In this document: positions 16,526-25,177 of the stretch, piece by piece
How the letters are laid out: each line of letters opens with the position of its first letter
Numbering within the stretch: position 1 is the first letter of the stretch
From: a virus
Lineage: Duplodnaviria; Caudoviricetes
Strand: one strand, 5' to 3'
Length of the DNA stretch: 31,094 nt
Virus record (IMG/VR): IMGVR_UViG_3300025646_000207
Location: 1-31,094 of that record
Made by a program: the position numbers and the translations under genes
Notes under the pieces: generated by a model
Told to the model about the DNA's origin: nothing
The model's input: the letters and a program-made list of their open reading frames with translations, nothing else
Databases searched by the model: none

Positions 16526-18490
16526 TTAATAGCTTCCTGGTTGGTATCCTTTGTCAATCACAAACTTCTTTGGTATCTGAACGTAGTCTTCAGAAACAGA
16601 TACAAATGGCTTTCCAGTGGCGTCAAGCATGGCAGATTGTTTCATTCTCGTTGCATCGGTAGGAAGGCCCCACTTCTCAGTGTACTGCTCTGGCGTAAAC
16701 TTCCATGTGTCTGCGCTTGTCACTTTATAAATAAGGTTTGTTCCGTCGTCGCTTATTAGATCAAACTTCTGCTGGTGACCAGCTATGTTTATGATTGGGT
16801 TGAACGGGTTGTGACCCTCTTCAGCCAACATCCTAAACGACTCTGGAACACCTTCTGAATTTACTTTTAGATCATAAGTTCTGGTTTTAGTATTCCATCC
16901 ATTAACCTTCCCTTCCACCTGTCTTGAAACATCACTAAATACACCCTCGATAATCTTGGTTCTGTCATCGAAGAAATTTCGGCGGGCTGCTGATGCGACC
17001 ATATTAGGATCAGAATACATTCCTGACAATGCCTTTTCAATAGCTTCATGCGTATTGACAGCATCGTCGTACACTTGTTCTAATCCTCCGTAGCGATCTA
17101 CGTTAAACTTCAGAGGGTTGTCTATAGATGTGGTTGTCGCCATAGGCAGCTCTACCACTTTCATGTCACCATACCTATCAAAAAAGTCTCTGAATGTGGA
17201 CCTCACGAAAGCGTCAGCCTCTTTGCTCACGTTTGTATTGAAGTTAGAGAAGTCTCCGTATATGTACGCATTAACTGGGTTTGGCCCTTTATCAGGGATA
17301 TAATCAGATCTAAGGCTAAGACCAGTATAGTTTATTTTTCTATCTTTCCCAAGGACATTACTTGGTTTTTTCAAGTCCCCAAAAATATTATCCATGTACG
17401 TCGATGGCGCCCCTCCTGACTTGTTCATATAGTTACGAGCAAGCAGCTTTAGAGCGTCTTTAACAACTGGCTTGTTTGCCAATGCTTGTACACCTCTATT
17501 CGCACCGCTCAGTGTCATGTTGGCGAGTTGACTATCATTCAAAACATCATTTAATGTTCTTGTTTTTGGAACTTTTTGGGTTAGTTCTTTTGACAGGAAC
17601 TCATACAAAACATCTTTTTCATCAGGATTAAGCTCTATACCCTTCTCCCTCTTATCCATTATATTGCGAAATCTAACACGTTCTTCATTGTATTTCCTGT
17701 CGAGTTCATCTATTTTTATTTTCTGCTCGTCGTAAAGCCTCATTTCTTCGTCAGCGGTTCCAGCTTTATTCATTAGCTCATCATACTTCTCTTTTATCAA
17801 CCTAACTTCATCGTCCAATTCAATAGCATTCATGTCACTGTATCGTGTCCACACTCCGCTACCCATGTTTGGTCGAGAAATCAAACCTCCTGAGAATCCT
17901 TTTGATGGGTCTGGTTGTAAGTATTTATCTATAGCTTTTAATACGTCAGGAGACAACGCATAGTTTATACCTGACTTAACACCCGCCTTGGCTCCAGACT
18001 TAATGACGCTCATACCGCCCTTTGCTGCCATACCAACCGCAGGGCCTACGATAGGCAAAGACGCAGCGATAATATCCGTCGCGTCTAGTACTTTATCAAG
18101 CGTAGAGGCGTCCTTTGGCGGAGCAAACAACGGGTTGCCACCTACAGTACCCTCTCCAAGCGCCCTGTTGATCGTTCTCATAGTGCCAGGTACGCCTGTC
18201 ATCTCCTGCCCCAACATAGAGATCATACGCGCCTGATCGTACATAGACTGTGGTGTCCTGTACTGCCTAGCCAATTGACCCAAAGCACTACCCTTAACAA
18301 CCTCCTCAAGCCCTGCAAGCGGGGCGTTATCGTCGTATACCGTAGCTTCGGGGAGTAATATAGGTATCTGCTCTCCTGTTTCTGGATCTACGCGAATCTG
18401 AAACTGCCCAGGCAGCCTGTAACCTGCCTCTGAATAAGCTGGGTAAGCTTTTGTGACGTTTTGTTTTTTGGGGTCTTTTATCGGTTTCAT
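16526..18490 (-). CDS. Large hypothetical protein, probable internal/ejected virion protein (654 aa)
   Basis: G/A-rich amphipathic segment near residues 130-175, coiled coil, globular C-terminus; function inferred from composition and context. Confidence 0.5.
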   Translation of the reverse strand: MKPIKDPKKQNVTKAYPAYSEAGYRLPGQFQIRVDPETGEQIPILLPEATVYDDNAPLAGLEEVVKGSALGQLARQYRTPQSMYDQARMISMLGQEMTGVPGTMRTINRALGEGTVGGNPLFAPPKDASTLDKVLDATDIIAASLPIVGPAVGMAAKGGMSVIKSGAKAGVKSGINYALSPDVLKAIDKYLQPDPSKGFSGGLISRPNMGSGVWTRYSDMNAIELDDEVRLIKEKYDELMNKAGTADEEMRLYDEQKIKIDELDRKYNEERVRFRNIMDKREKGIELNPDEKDVLYEFLSKELTQKVPKTRTLNDVLNDSQLANMTLSGANRGVQALANKPVVKDALKLLARNYMNKSGGAPSTYMDNIFGDLKKPSNVLGKDRKINYTGLSLRSDYIPDKGPNPVNAYIYGDFSNFNTNVSKEADAFVRSTFRDFFDRYGDMKVVELPMATTTSIDNPLKFNVDRYGGLEQVYDDAVNTHEAIEKALSGMYSDPNMVASAARRNFFDDRTKIIEGVFSDVSRQVEGKVNGWNTKTRTYDLKVNSEGVPESFRMLAEEGHNPFNPIINIAGHQQKFDLISDDGTNLIYKVTSADTWKFTPEQYTEKWGLPTDATRMKQSAMLDATGKPFVSVSEDYVQIPKKFVIDKGYQPGSY

Positions 18491-18504
18491 CTAATGCAGG
18501 TGTG

Positions 18505-19107
18505 TTACGGCTTGCACGAAGGGTCTCTCTTTCGCATAGGTATGCCATCAACAATGTGTATGGTGTTACAATCATTCTTACCACCGACTCTAACGTCTTG
18601 TTTTTTGTTCTTAAGTGTTACTATGTCTGGTCGTCTTTCTTCACCAGCCTCTCCGTATATATCCATGAAGTACTGAAGAACAGCTGGATCACGAAGCAGT
18701 TTAGCTACTTTTGATAGCTGAGAGTTGCTTACCGATGCGTTACTCCCCATTATACTGAGTACATCCTCGCCTGTTATAGCCCTTCCAGTACCTTCGTACA
18801 TACCCTCTTTTTCTGAAGCTGGTTGATATAATGGGGTTTCTGTTCCTGACAAGTACGCTCTACCCGATGGCTCCGACCTTCTGTTGTAGTAGTCTTCTTC
18901 GGGAGAGAAGTCTATATTAAAACCTGATGGTTTAGTATACCTCCCCCCTCTCATAGCTCCCAACAGCGTCATAAGATCGCCTGTATCTCTACCACCTGAC
19001 ACCAAGGCATCGCCAAGGCGTTGTTCTGCTGTCCCGTAGACATCAGAAAGCGGTTCGTATCGAGATCTTTGCGGTAGATCTGATTTTTTTCTCCTAATAG
19101 GTATCAT
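18505..19107 (-). CDS. Hypothetical protein (200 aa), possible virion protein
   Basis: ATGA overlap with upstream gene; same operon. Confidence 0.6.
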   Translation of the reverse strand: MIPIRRKKSDLPQRSRYEPLSDVYGTAEQRLGDALVSGGRDTGDLMTLLGAMRGGRYTKPSGFNIDFSPEEDYYNRRSEPSGRAYLSGTETPLYQPASEKEGMYEGTGRAITGEDVLSIMGSNASVSNSQLSKVAKLLRDPAVLQYFMDIYGEAGEERRPDIVTLKNKKQDVRVGGKNDCNTIHIVDGIPMRKRDPSCKP

Positions 19108-19502
19108 TGACCACCAGCTCCTATACCGAACAAGTCTATTAAGATCTTCTGAAGTGCATTTAAGTCCATAGACTCGTTAGAGAGGGGGTTTCTGTTCTTT
19201 ACAAACTGATTGCGAGCGTCTTGCATACCTCCATAGGCAGCAGCTGTTGCTGGTACAGCAGCTACACCAGCCAACATAGGGATGATCTTACGCATAATCA
19301 TGTCTCTTTTCGCTGTATCCTCAGGATCGTACCCTTCTAAAGACCCTAACAGCCTATCTATGTCTTCGTAGTTACGCTGCATACGCCTCTCAGGACGGGC
19401 CATACGATAAGACTCACGAGAGGCTCTGTCTGAATCCCGCATATCTCTGTTTGTAGGCTCGTAAGACCCTCCATTCATGTAACTCTTCTTGATGCACTTC
19501 AT
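19104..19502 (-). CDS. Hypothetical protein (132 aa), possible virion protein
   Basis: First ORF of the minus arm; MKCIKKSYMNGG start, A-rich hydrophobic stretch. Confidence 0.6.
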   Translation of the reverse strand: MKCIKKSYMNGGSYEPTNRDMRDSDRASRESYRMARPERRMQRNYEDIDRLLGSLEGYDPEDTAKRDMIMRKIIPMLAGVAAVPATAAAYGGMQDARNQFVKNRNPLSNESMDLNALQKILIDLFGIGAGGQ

Positions 19503-19506
19503 ATTG

Positions 19507-19514
19507 CAAATTTA
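19507..19514 (-). promoter_or_regulatory. -7 box (TAAATTTG)
   Basis: TAnnTTTG match 4 nt upstream of ATG 19502. Confidence 0.6.
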
Positions 19515-19719
19515 AACAATATGAGATACCCAGTTTTGCCCACCATGAAGTACTAGATCTACTGATATTCCTACTTCCTGGATTACAAGACACAGATTGC
19601 CTGTATTCTAAAACTGATTGTCGATCAGAATACCTGTATCATCGTTTGGATTTGAAGCTGTTTTCTTCCTTCCAATACCACACGACTCTAATGCTTCTTT
19701 TGGATCGACAAATGTCTGG

Positions 19720-19727
19720 CAAAGTTA
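19720..19727 (-). promoter_or_regulatory. -7 box (TAACTTTG) preceded by a T-tract
   Basis: TAnnTTTG match in non-coding DNA, pointing into a structured ~200-nt region. Confidence 0.55.
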
Positions 19728-20252
19728 CAAAAAAAAATCGACAATGTCAACCCTTGTAGTATTAAATCCTGTAAAATCGCCTAAAGGATGAGAAGAACAG
19801 CCTCTAAAAACGCTTCTACCGCGTCTTTATGCACGATAATACGTAAGATCATGAAAAAATGACGAATTTTTGCACACTACCCGCGCCTTTTTGCAGAAAA
19901 TAGCTCAGAAATACAGGGGTAGGGGAGAATATATATATACACACGTTTCCCCACGCAACCCGAAACGGATTTCTCAAGGGGGTGGGGTCTGCGTTAACTC
20001 ATTGTCGCTCAATATTTTAGCTTTTTTGGTGCAGCTAACTCGCTGATTCTCTGCGATCTGGACGGTTTTGGGTGAAGTTTTGGTCGAAATGGGAAGGTCT
20101 AACGAACTGAAACACAGGACAATCCCCACAACCATATAAACCAGATCGTGAGCACACACACGATTGCAGGCACACAACCAACACAATATGTAGTCGGCAA
20201 ACTCAATTTGTTAAAATTCTCTAAATTGGTGCATAACTCGGAAAGTTTGCTA

Positions 20253-20260
20253 TATCTTTG
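20253..20260 (+). promoter_or_regulatory. Early promoter -7 box (TATCTTTG)
   Basis: TAnnTTTG match 25 nt upstream of the first plus-arm ATG. Confidence 0.7.
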
Positions 20261-20285
20261 CCGACGAAATCAAACCCAATCAACC

Positions 20286-20528
20286 ATGCTTAATACATTG
20301 GCACAATCACTCAGAGTCTACAATGTAGAGGTAGACGTACACAACAACGCGAAAGATGGCTTCGGCATCTCAGTATACTTGCGAACATCGCCATCGGCAA
20401 CGTTGCTCATCAACACATACTTCGTGTCTGCGGACGATGAGACCATGTTCGAAGATGTTGATGGCAAACTGCTGTCATCGTATGGCGTGACATTGGATGT
20501 CATGTCAAAGGTTAACTCAAACTTGTAA
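20286..20528 (+). CDS. Hypothetical early protein (80 aa)
   Basis: Start moved to ATG 20286, downstream of the promoter box. Confidence 0.65.
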   Translation: MLNTLAQSLRVYNVEVDVHNNAKDGFGISVYLRTSPSATLLINTYFVSADDETMFEDVDGKLLSSYGVTLDVMSKVNSNL

Positions 20529-20554
20529 TTCATTCACATCAAAAATTTATAGTC

Positions 20555-20977
20555 ATGATGTTCATCGTATTGAAAAGTCCATTGTTCAGTTCAGTTCGCG
20601 GAATTGATGGGTGCAGGACATTCGAGATTCTAACCGAAGGAGACGACAATTGGATTTCCTTGAACGAAGGATTGGATTTGAACGTATACTTCGACGATAT
20701 CGAACACGATTGGAAAGCTGTCGTCTATCCATGCATTGACCAAAAGACTAACACAGACTGCGTCGTATGCCGACCAAAGGTGCATGAATGGTGGGTTCCT
20801 CCAACACGAAATGAGAAGGCAGTACAAGCATTGCGAACGAGAGAACATGATGTTCTTTGGGGAGAGAATGAAGTTCGTGTCAAAGCTGGAGATGACTATT
20901 TCCGATTGTCAGAAGCAGAGATTCAGTTTTGGGTTGACAAGTACGATGAGTTCAAATCACAAGGCATCCTCTTTTAA
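20555..20977 (+). CDS. Hypothetical early protein (140 aa)
   Basis: AT-rich leader, TAATG coupling to next gene. Confidence 0.7.
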   Translation: MMFIVLKSPLFSSVRGIDGCRTFEILTEGDDNWISLNEGLDLNVYFDDIEHDWKAVVYPCIDQKTNTDCVVCRPKVHEWWVPPTRNEKAVQALRTREHDVLWGENEVRVKAGDDYFRLSEAEIQFWVDKYDEFKSQGILF

Positions 20978-21159
20978 TGCCATACGAAAAGATAGCAAAG
21001 TTCGATTGTGTCTGCGCTGAGACAGGACGAACGATTCGCAAAGGAGAATGGTGCGTATACTATCCGAAGACTCGGATGGTGTACCACCAAGACTCCAGGA
21101 CAGCACAAACGTTTCGCTCGGAACGTTTCGATATGAATATGTTGAACCTTAATTATTAA
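20977..21159 (+). CDS. Hypothetical protein (60 aa)
   Basis: AKFDCVCAETGRTIRKGE Zn-ribbon-like start; coupled to neighbours. Confidence 0.65.
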   Translation: MPYEKIAKFDCVCAETGRTIRKGEWCVYYPKTRMVYHQDSRTAQTFRSERFDMNMLNLNY

Positions 21160-21162
21160 TCA

Positions 21163-21348
21163 ATGCCATACTTCGCAGAATTTGAGTTCCGCACCACATC
21201 CGTAACAAACCGATATTGGAATAGCGGTATCCGTGAATTCACAGACAAACGCCATGCACAGAATTGGGCAAGCTACATGGAACGCAAAAACGGATGGAAA
21301 GAGATTGGATTTTGGGAGCACACATCACCAGATCACAACCAACAATGA
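21163..21348 (+). CDS. Hypothetical protein (61 aa)
   Basis: Tight operon packing. Confidence 0.6.
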   Translation: MPYFAEFEFRTTSVTNRYWNSGIREFTDKRHAQNWASYMERKNGWKEIGFWEHTSPDHNQQ

Positions 21349-22079
21349 ACAACATGAAACAGACACGGTATGCTTGGCAGGATGGTGACAATTTGTTTGT
21401 CATTCGCATCGGCAAGACGACCAACAAGAAAATTGCCTTGCCACAGGACAAGATAGTTCAGACGTACACATTCAGCATGGAGCAGGTACGTTACATCGCA
21501 CAATGCGATGCTGATGGCATCAAGCCATCGCAGAAGACCTTCTATTCGTTCGATGCGTCAAACTGCATGGACTGTCCATTGTCAGGCAACAGCGGGAACG
21601 GCAAATGTTACACCCACAAGTATATGCAGTTCAGCGGATTCATATCGATGCTTCGCTCCATCATCCGTCAAGGTTGGGAATCACGTTTGGATGCTGAAAT
21701 GAGAGCAGACATCTGCAAATGGACAGAAGGCAATTTCGTTCGCTTCGGCACATACGGAGAACCATCACTCCTGCCGATTGATTTGGTAGGCGACATGGTA
21801 TTGGGCGCGAAGTCTTGGACAGGATACACACATCAATCTCGCAAACCATGGGCGCAACCTTTCAAGGCTTTCTTCATGGCATCTGCACACAGCGAGAAGG
21901 ATGCTATATCGATGACAGGATGGCGTTCCTTCATCGCTGAGGATGACACATCCACTACGAACGCAATACAATGTCCTGCATCGAAGGAATCAGGCTTCGC
22001 AAGCCATTGCGCTAAATGTGGTTTGTGCTCAGGCATCACAGGCAAAGGCAGCAAGAATGTCAAGATATCAACACACTAA
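21345..22079 (+). CDS. Cys-rich phage Gp88-like protein, possible Fe-S / radical-SAM-related (244 aa)
   Basis: CMDCPL...KCY, VRFGTYGEP, WTGYTHQ, FMASAHS, CPAS...CAKCGLC; start at ATGA overlap 21345. Confidence 0.6.
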   Translation: MNNMKQTRYAWQDGDNLFVIRIGKTTNKKIALPQDKIVQTYTFSMEQVRYIAQCDADGIKPSQKTFYSFDASNCMDCPLSGNSGNGKCYTHKYMQFSGFISMLRSIIRQGWESRLDAEMRADICKWTEGNFVRFGTYGEPSLLPIDLVGDMVLGAKSWTGYTHQSRKPWAQPFKAFFMASAHSEKDAISMTGWRSFIAEDDTSTTNAIQCPASKESGFASHCAKCGLCSGITGKGSKNVKISTH

Positions 22080-22090
22080 CTCAACCAACA

Positions 22091-22360
22091 ATGAGTAACG
22101 AACAAGAGATGATGAATGTGGAATTTTGGTACAGCGATGCCATCTACGATGGAGACCAAATCATATCGAACTGCTGTTGGGTGCATCGCAAGCTGGAGAA
22201 ATGGCCGAGAGAAACGGACGACCGAACGTTGATGAGGAGAGCACGACAAATCTTCGGATGGACGGGATCGAAGGGTGAATGGTTGGATGACCAAACTTGG
22301 AAGCCACGAAACGCGATGGTGCTGCTGCAAATATTAATCAATGATGACCTGGAAGCATGA
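22091..22360 (+). CDS. Hypothetical protein (89 aa)
   Basis: ATG 11 nt after upstream stop; ATGA overlap downstream. Confidence 0.6.
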   Translation: MSNEQEMMNVEFWYSDAIYDGDQIISNCCWVHRKLEKWPRETDDRTLMRRARQIFGWTGSKGEWLDDQTWKPRNAMVLLQILINDDLEA

Positions 22361-22506
22361 TGGACAAGAAAATCAAAGACAGACTCGTATACGTTGAAGA
22401 GACGTATGCAGGTGAATACGAGACATGGCAAGACCCAATCACAGGCAACCAATACCAGATCCCCATCCACATCGAACGGGATTGGGATAATGCTGAGAAG
22501 CTATAG
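22357..22506 (+). CDS. Unannotated 49-aa hypothetical protein
   Basis: My translation: MMDKKIKDRLVYVEETYAGEYETWQDPITGNQYQIPIHIERDWDNAEKL; ATGA coupling. Confidence 0.6.
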   Translation: MMDKKIKDRLVYVEETYAGEYETWQDPITGNQYQIPIHIERDWDNAEKL

Positions 22507-22521
22507 CGACCGTCGCATCCT

Positions 22522-22541
22522 TCCTCGCCATCGCGCGAGGA
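22522..22541 (+). terminator. GC-rich hairpin, possible weak terminator or processing site
   Basis: TCCTCGC-CATCGC-GCGAGGA at operon end; lacks a good U-tract. Confidence 0.35.
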
Positions 22542-22542
22542 T

Positions 22543-22562
22543 TGATGATAGTGATGACGAAT
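22543..22562 (+). repeat. 20-bp direct repeat, copy 1 (TGATGATAGTGATGACGAAT)
   Basis: Exact match to 24805-24824. Confidence 0.85.
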
Positions 22563-22615
22563 AAGAAGATAGAAAAAAAAATCGCCAAAGGCATTGTATT
22601 AACCAAACCTGTGCA

Positions 22616-22623
22616 TATCTTTG
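22616..22623 (+). promoter_or_regulatory. -7 box (TATCTTTG)
   Basis: Same octamer as 20253-20260; 22 nt upstream of ATG 22646. Confidence 0.65.
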
Positions 22624-22645
22624 TGCACACAAACAAACAAAAGAC

Positions 22646-23068
22646 ATGGGAACAATCATCTATGATGCATCGAAGATTGTCGAGAAGACAAAGCACGAAT
22701 CGGACAAATTGCGCATATACGGGAACAGCGAAGCCAGGGTGCAATATTACTTGGAACTTCGTTTGGCTGCTGTAGGATACACAGGGTTGAATCCTGTTCC
22801 GAAAGGAATGGCTTGCGGTGATTGCGAGAAGGCAGTTCAAGGGATTGAGCACGAAGCCTTCATCCGAGTCTATCCGACATCAACGTACACAGGATATTAC
22901 ACAAGAATCGCTGAAGCATACACAAGGCTGCACATTGACAGCAAGACAGGCCAGCCCAAGTACAGCATCTCAATCGAACACGAGAGCGGACGACAGACAT
23001 ACGAATCGAATCTGACATACGAACAAGCTACATCTAAATTTCTTAATTGGTTGAAAAAGTACAAGTAA
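22646..23068 (+). CDS. Hypothetical protein (140 aa)
   Basis: Follows promoter; contains CGDC. Confidence 0.65.
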   Translation: MGTIIYDASKIVEKTKHESDKLRIYGNSEARVQYYLELRLAAVGYTGLNPVPKGMACGDCEKAVQGIEHEAFIRVYPTSTYTGYYTRIAEAYTRLHIDSKTGQPKYSISIEHESGRQTYESNLTYEQATSKFLNWLKKYK

Positions 23069-23070
23069 TC

Positions 23071-23466
23071 ATGAAAAACACAACAGACAACCCACTTGCG
23101 CACCTGCTCGCGCCACGTTACTGCTCCATCACTCGCCAACCTATGTTCGCAGGATGGTGTGTACTTGACGGAGATATGTTTATCAAGGATGAGCGGGATG
23201 CCATCAAGCACGTTCAGGATGTCGGATATTACGATTTGGAAGATGCATACGAGGACGAATACATCTACTACACCGAATGGCAAGACATCCCGCTCGATGA
23301 ATGGGATGGGTTACCATATGCCACGGTCATCTTGAATCTAATTGACGAGATGCAAGGCTTGGTCGATACGATTCGCACGACTAAGTACATGACCGAAGTG
23401 GCAGCACCATATCAAACCATTTTGAACGCACATCGTGTATACGTCGAAAACAAAAGATTCAAATGA
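23071..23466 (+). CDS. Hypothetical acidic protein (131 aa)
   Basis: ATG 2 nt after upstream stop. Confidence 0.65.
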   Translation: MKNTTDNPLAHLLAPRYCSITRQPMFAGWCVLDGDMFIKDERDAIKHVQDVGYYDLEDAYEDEYIYYTEWQDIPLDEWDGLPYATVILNLIDEMQGLVDTIRTTKYMTEVAAPYQTILNAHRVYVENKRFK

Positions 23467-23747
23467 GCATCGTAAAAACACACCAGATCGTCAGCAAGCT
23501 GGCGGATATCGTAGAGAACGAATCAATGATGTCAAACTCATTGAACGCATTTTACGCCATCACCCTGCGGGAAAATAACATCGTCTTGCAAGGCAGCAGC
23601 AGGGATGTGCTCACGTTTGCCTTAGCTGCGGAACGGATATCAAGAACAAACGATGACATCAAATTCATAGGCAAGAATTGGGATGGGATGTATCCTGAAT
23701 GTGTAGTAGAGGTAGATGGTGTAAAAATCGAAATCGTGAAAGTATGA
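23463..23747 (+). CDS. Hypothetical protein (94 aa)
   Basis: ATGA overlaps on both sides. Confidence 0.65.
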   Translation: MSIVKTHQIVSKLADIVENESMMSNSLNAFYAITLRENNIVLQGSSRDVLTFALAAERISRTNDDIKFIGKNWDGMYPECVVEVDGVKIEIVKV

Positions 23748-24439
23748 TAAGAGAAGTAAAAAGACAACAAGATGTCGTATGTCAGAAATGCGGGAAGACG
23801 CAGTACGTCCAAACTGCATTATATAGTCACCCAGCAATCAACGATAACGTATTCGTAGTCAGCGAATGTAGTATGTGTAAACAAAAGACAACAAATAAGA
23901 TGCCACAGAGCAACACAATTGAACTGAAGTTTGTATCGGATTTCTTTGAGAACGGATTCCAATGGTTTGAGTTTGACACGACCAATACCATCGAATGGTT
24001 TGAACTCACCGACAACATCCAAGTGTGCGTAGAAAAGCTATGGAGGGAATCGTGTGAACCAGATCCATTGGACAAATACAAACTACGCCAAAAGATGGCT
24101 ACAAAGTATAAAGCCACAATCTACGCCGAGATTGGCGGGAAGGTGAATATGGATTTTCCCATCACGTTTGTGACAACAGACTACACCGAACCAAATCCTA
24201 TAAAGGATAATGCCTTGGATGATGAGGGTTACTACACAGGCCCTGAAGTACAATGGAATGTGGAAGACGTAGAAGTGATTGCTCAAAGGAGATTTCAAGC
24301 CAAGCTATCCGCCAAGGATTTGGAACGTGTGCTTGTGGCAGCATTCGAAGACAATGAGCATTTGATGGAGGTGATACACGACCAAATCGCAGAAACAATT
24401 AACTACATGATTGAAGAAGGACAAATCAAAACGCAATGA
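23744..24439 (+). CDS. Hypothetical protein with N-terminal Zn ribbon (231 aa)
   Basis: CQKC...CSMC; an internal start at MPQSN is possible. Confidence 0.6.
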   Translation: MIREVKRQQDVVCQKCGKTQYVQTALYSHPAINDNVFVVSECSMCKQKTTNKMPQSNTIELKFVSDFFENGFQWFEFDTTNTIEWFELTDNIQVCVEKLWRESCEPDPLDKYKLRQKMATKYKATIYAEIGGKVNMDFPITFVTTDYTEPNPIKDNALDDEGYYTGPEVQWNVEDVEVIAQRRFQAKLSAKDLERVLVAAFEDNEHLMEVIHDQIAETINYMIEEGQIKTQ

Positions 24440-24714
24440 GCAGAAAAGAATATATTTACAACGTAGGTCTTTGGACTATCCCTGTTTTGATTAACGGGGA
24501 TAGTTCACACCTCGAACCGAACGAAGAGATGGACCTAGAGCAGTTCGTTAACGATGCTGTAGGTTTTGTCGGGGATGGGGAGTACTTTCATTGGAGCACA
24601 GACGTTGACGAACCGTCGTTCAGCAGGTGCGAAGTATCGGGCAAGTACGATATGTGCTGCCAGATCACGATGACCATCCTTCCGTATAAATCACCTGAAT
24701 CAATTGAACTATGA
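24436..24714 (+). CDS. Hypothetical protein (92 aa)
   Basis: ATGA overlaps; LINGDSSHL...FSRCEVSG pattern. Confidence 0.65.
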   Translation: MSRKEYIYNVGLWTIPVLINGDSSHLEPNEEMDLEQFVNDAVGFVGDGEYFHWSTDVDEPSFSRCEVSGKYDMCCQITMTILPYKSPESIEL

Positions 24715-24803
24715 AAGATTTCCATCAGTACAACAGAAAACACGCCTTGATGCTATTGGCTGCCCTGGTGTTGATGTCCTTGTTAGGTCTTGTAACAGCA
24801 TAA
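24711..24803 (+). CDS. Unannotated 30-aa membrane peptide
   Basis: MKDFHQYNRKHALMLLAALVLMSLLGLVTA; exactly fills the gap between neighbours. Confidence 0.55.
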   Translation: MKDFHQYNRKHALMLLAALVLMSLLGLVTA

Positions 24804-25001
24804 ATGATGATAGTGATGACGAATGAGCAGAAACGAGAGTACATGAACAAGAAGATAGTCACAGCTATGCACTACATACGGACGAACCAATATGGTTTTG
24901 CAGGTGCTTGCCTGAATGACTACGATGCAAAGATTGGCCTTGGATGGCCTTCAGCAGAAGAACACTTAATCGAACAGCTATGCGAGACGTACCCAATATA
25001 A
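24804..25001 (+). CDS. Hypothetical protein (65 aa)
   Basis: Operon packing; begins within repeat copy 2. Confidence 0.55.
   Translation: MMIVMTNEQKREYMNKKIVTAMHYIRTNQYGFAGACLNDYDAKIGLGWPSAEEHLIEQLCETYPI
24805..24824 (+). repeat. 20-bp direct repeat, copy 2
   Basis: Exact match to 22543-22562. Confidence 0.85.
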
Positions 25002-25177
25002 GAGTGTTTGTGAGTTTGGAGAAACGCAAGGGATCGTGGGTAGTGTGCGTGAGGAGGAGGGAAGACGGAACAGAAACGAAGGGAGTAAAGGGTTACTTCA
25101 ACAGGAAGTTTGAAGCAGTTAAAGAAGCCAACAAGATGGCTGAGTTGATAAACACAGAAGTAGTAATAAAGCAATGA
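24980..25177 (+). CDS. Hypothetical basic protein (~65 aa)
   Basis: ATGA overlap with the MTase start; start codon uncertain. Confidence 0.55.
   Translation: MRDVPNIRVFVSLEKRKGSWVVCVRRREDGTETKGVKGYFNRKFEAVKEANKMAELINTEVVIKQ

Noticed and set aside
20148-20285. Upstream extension of the first early ORF
   Set aside because: Spans the promoter box; ATG 20286 is preferred
22542-22775. 77-aa ORF starting MMIVMTN
   Set aside because: TTG start, runs through a promoter box and overlaps the better ORF at 22646; its similarity to ORF 24804 is just the 20-bp repeat
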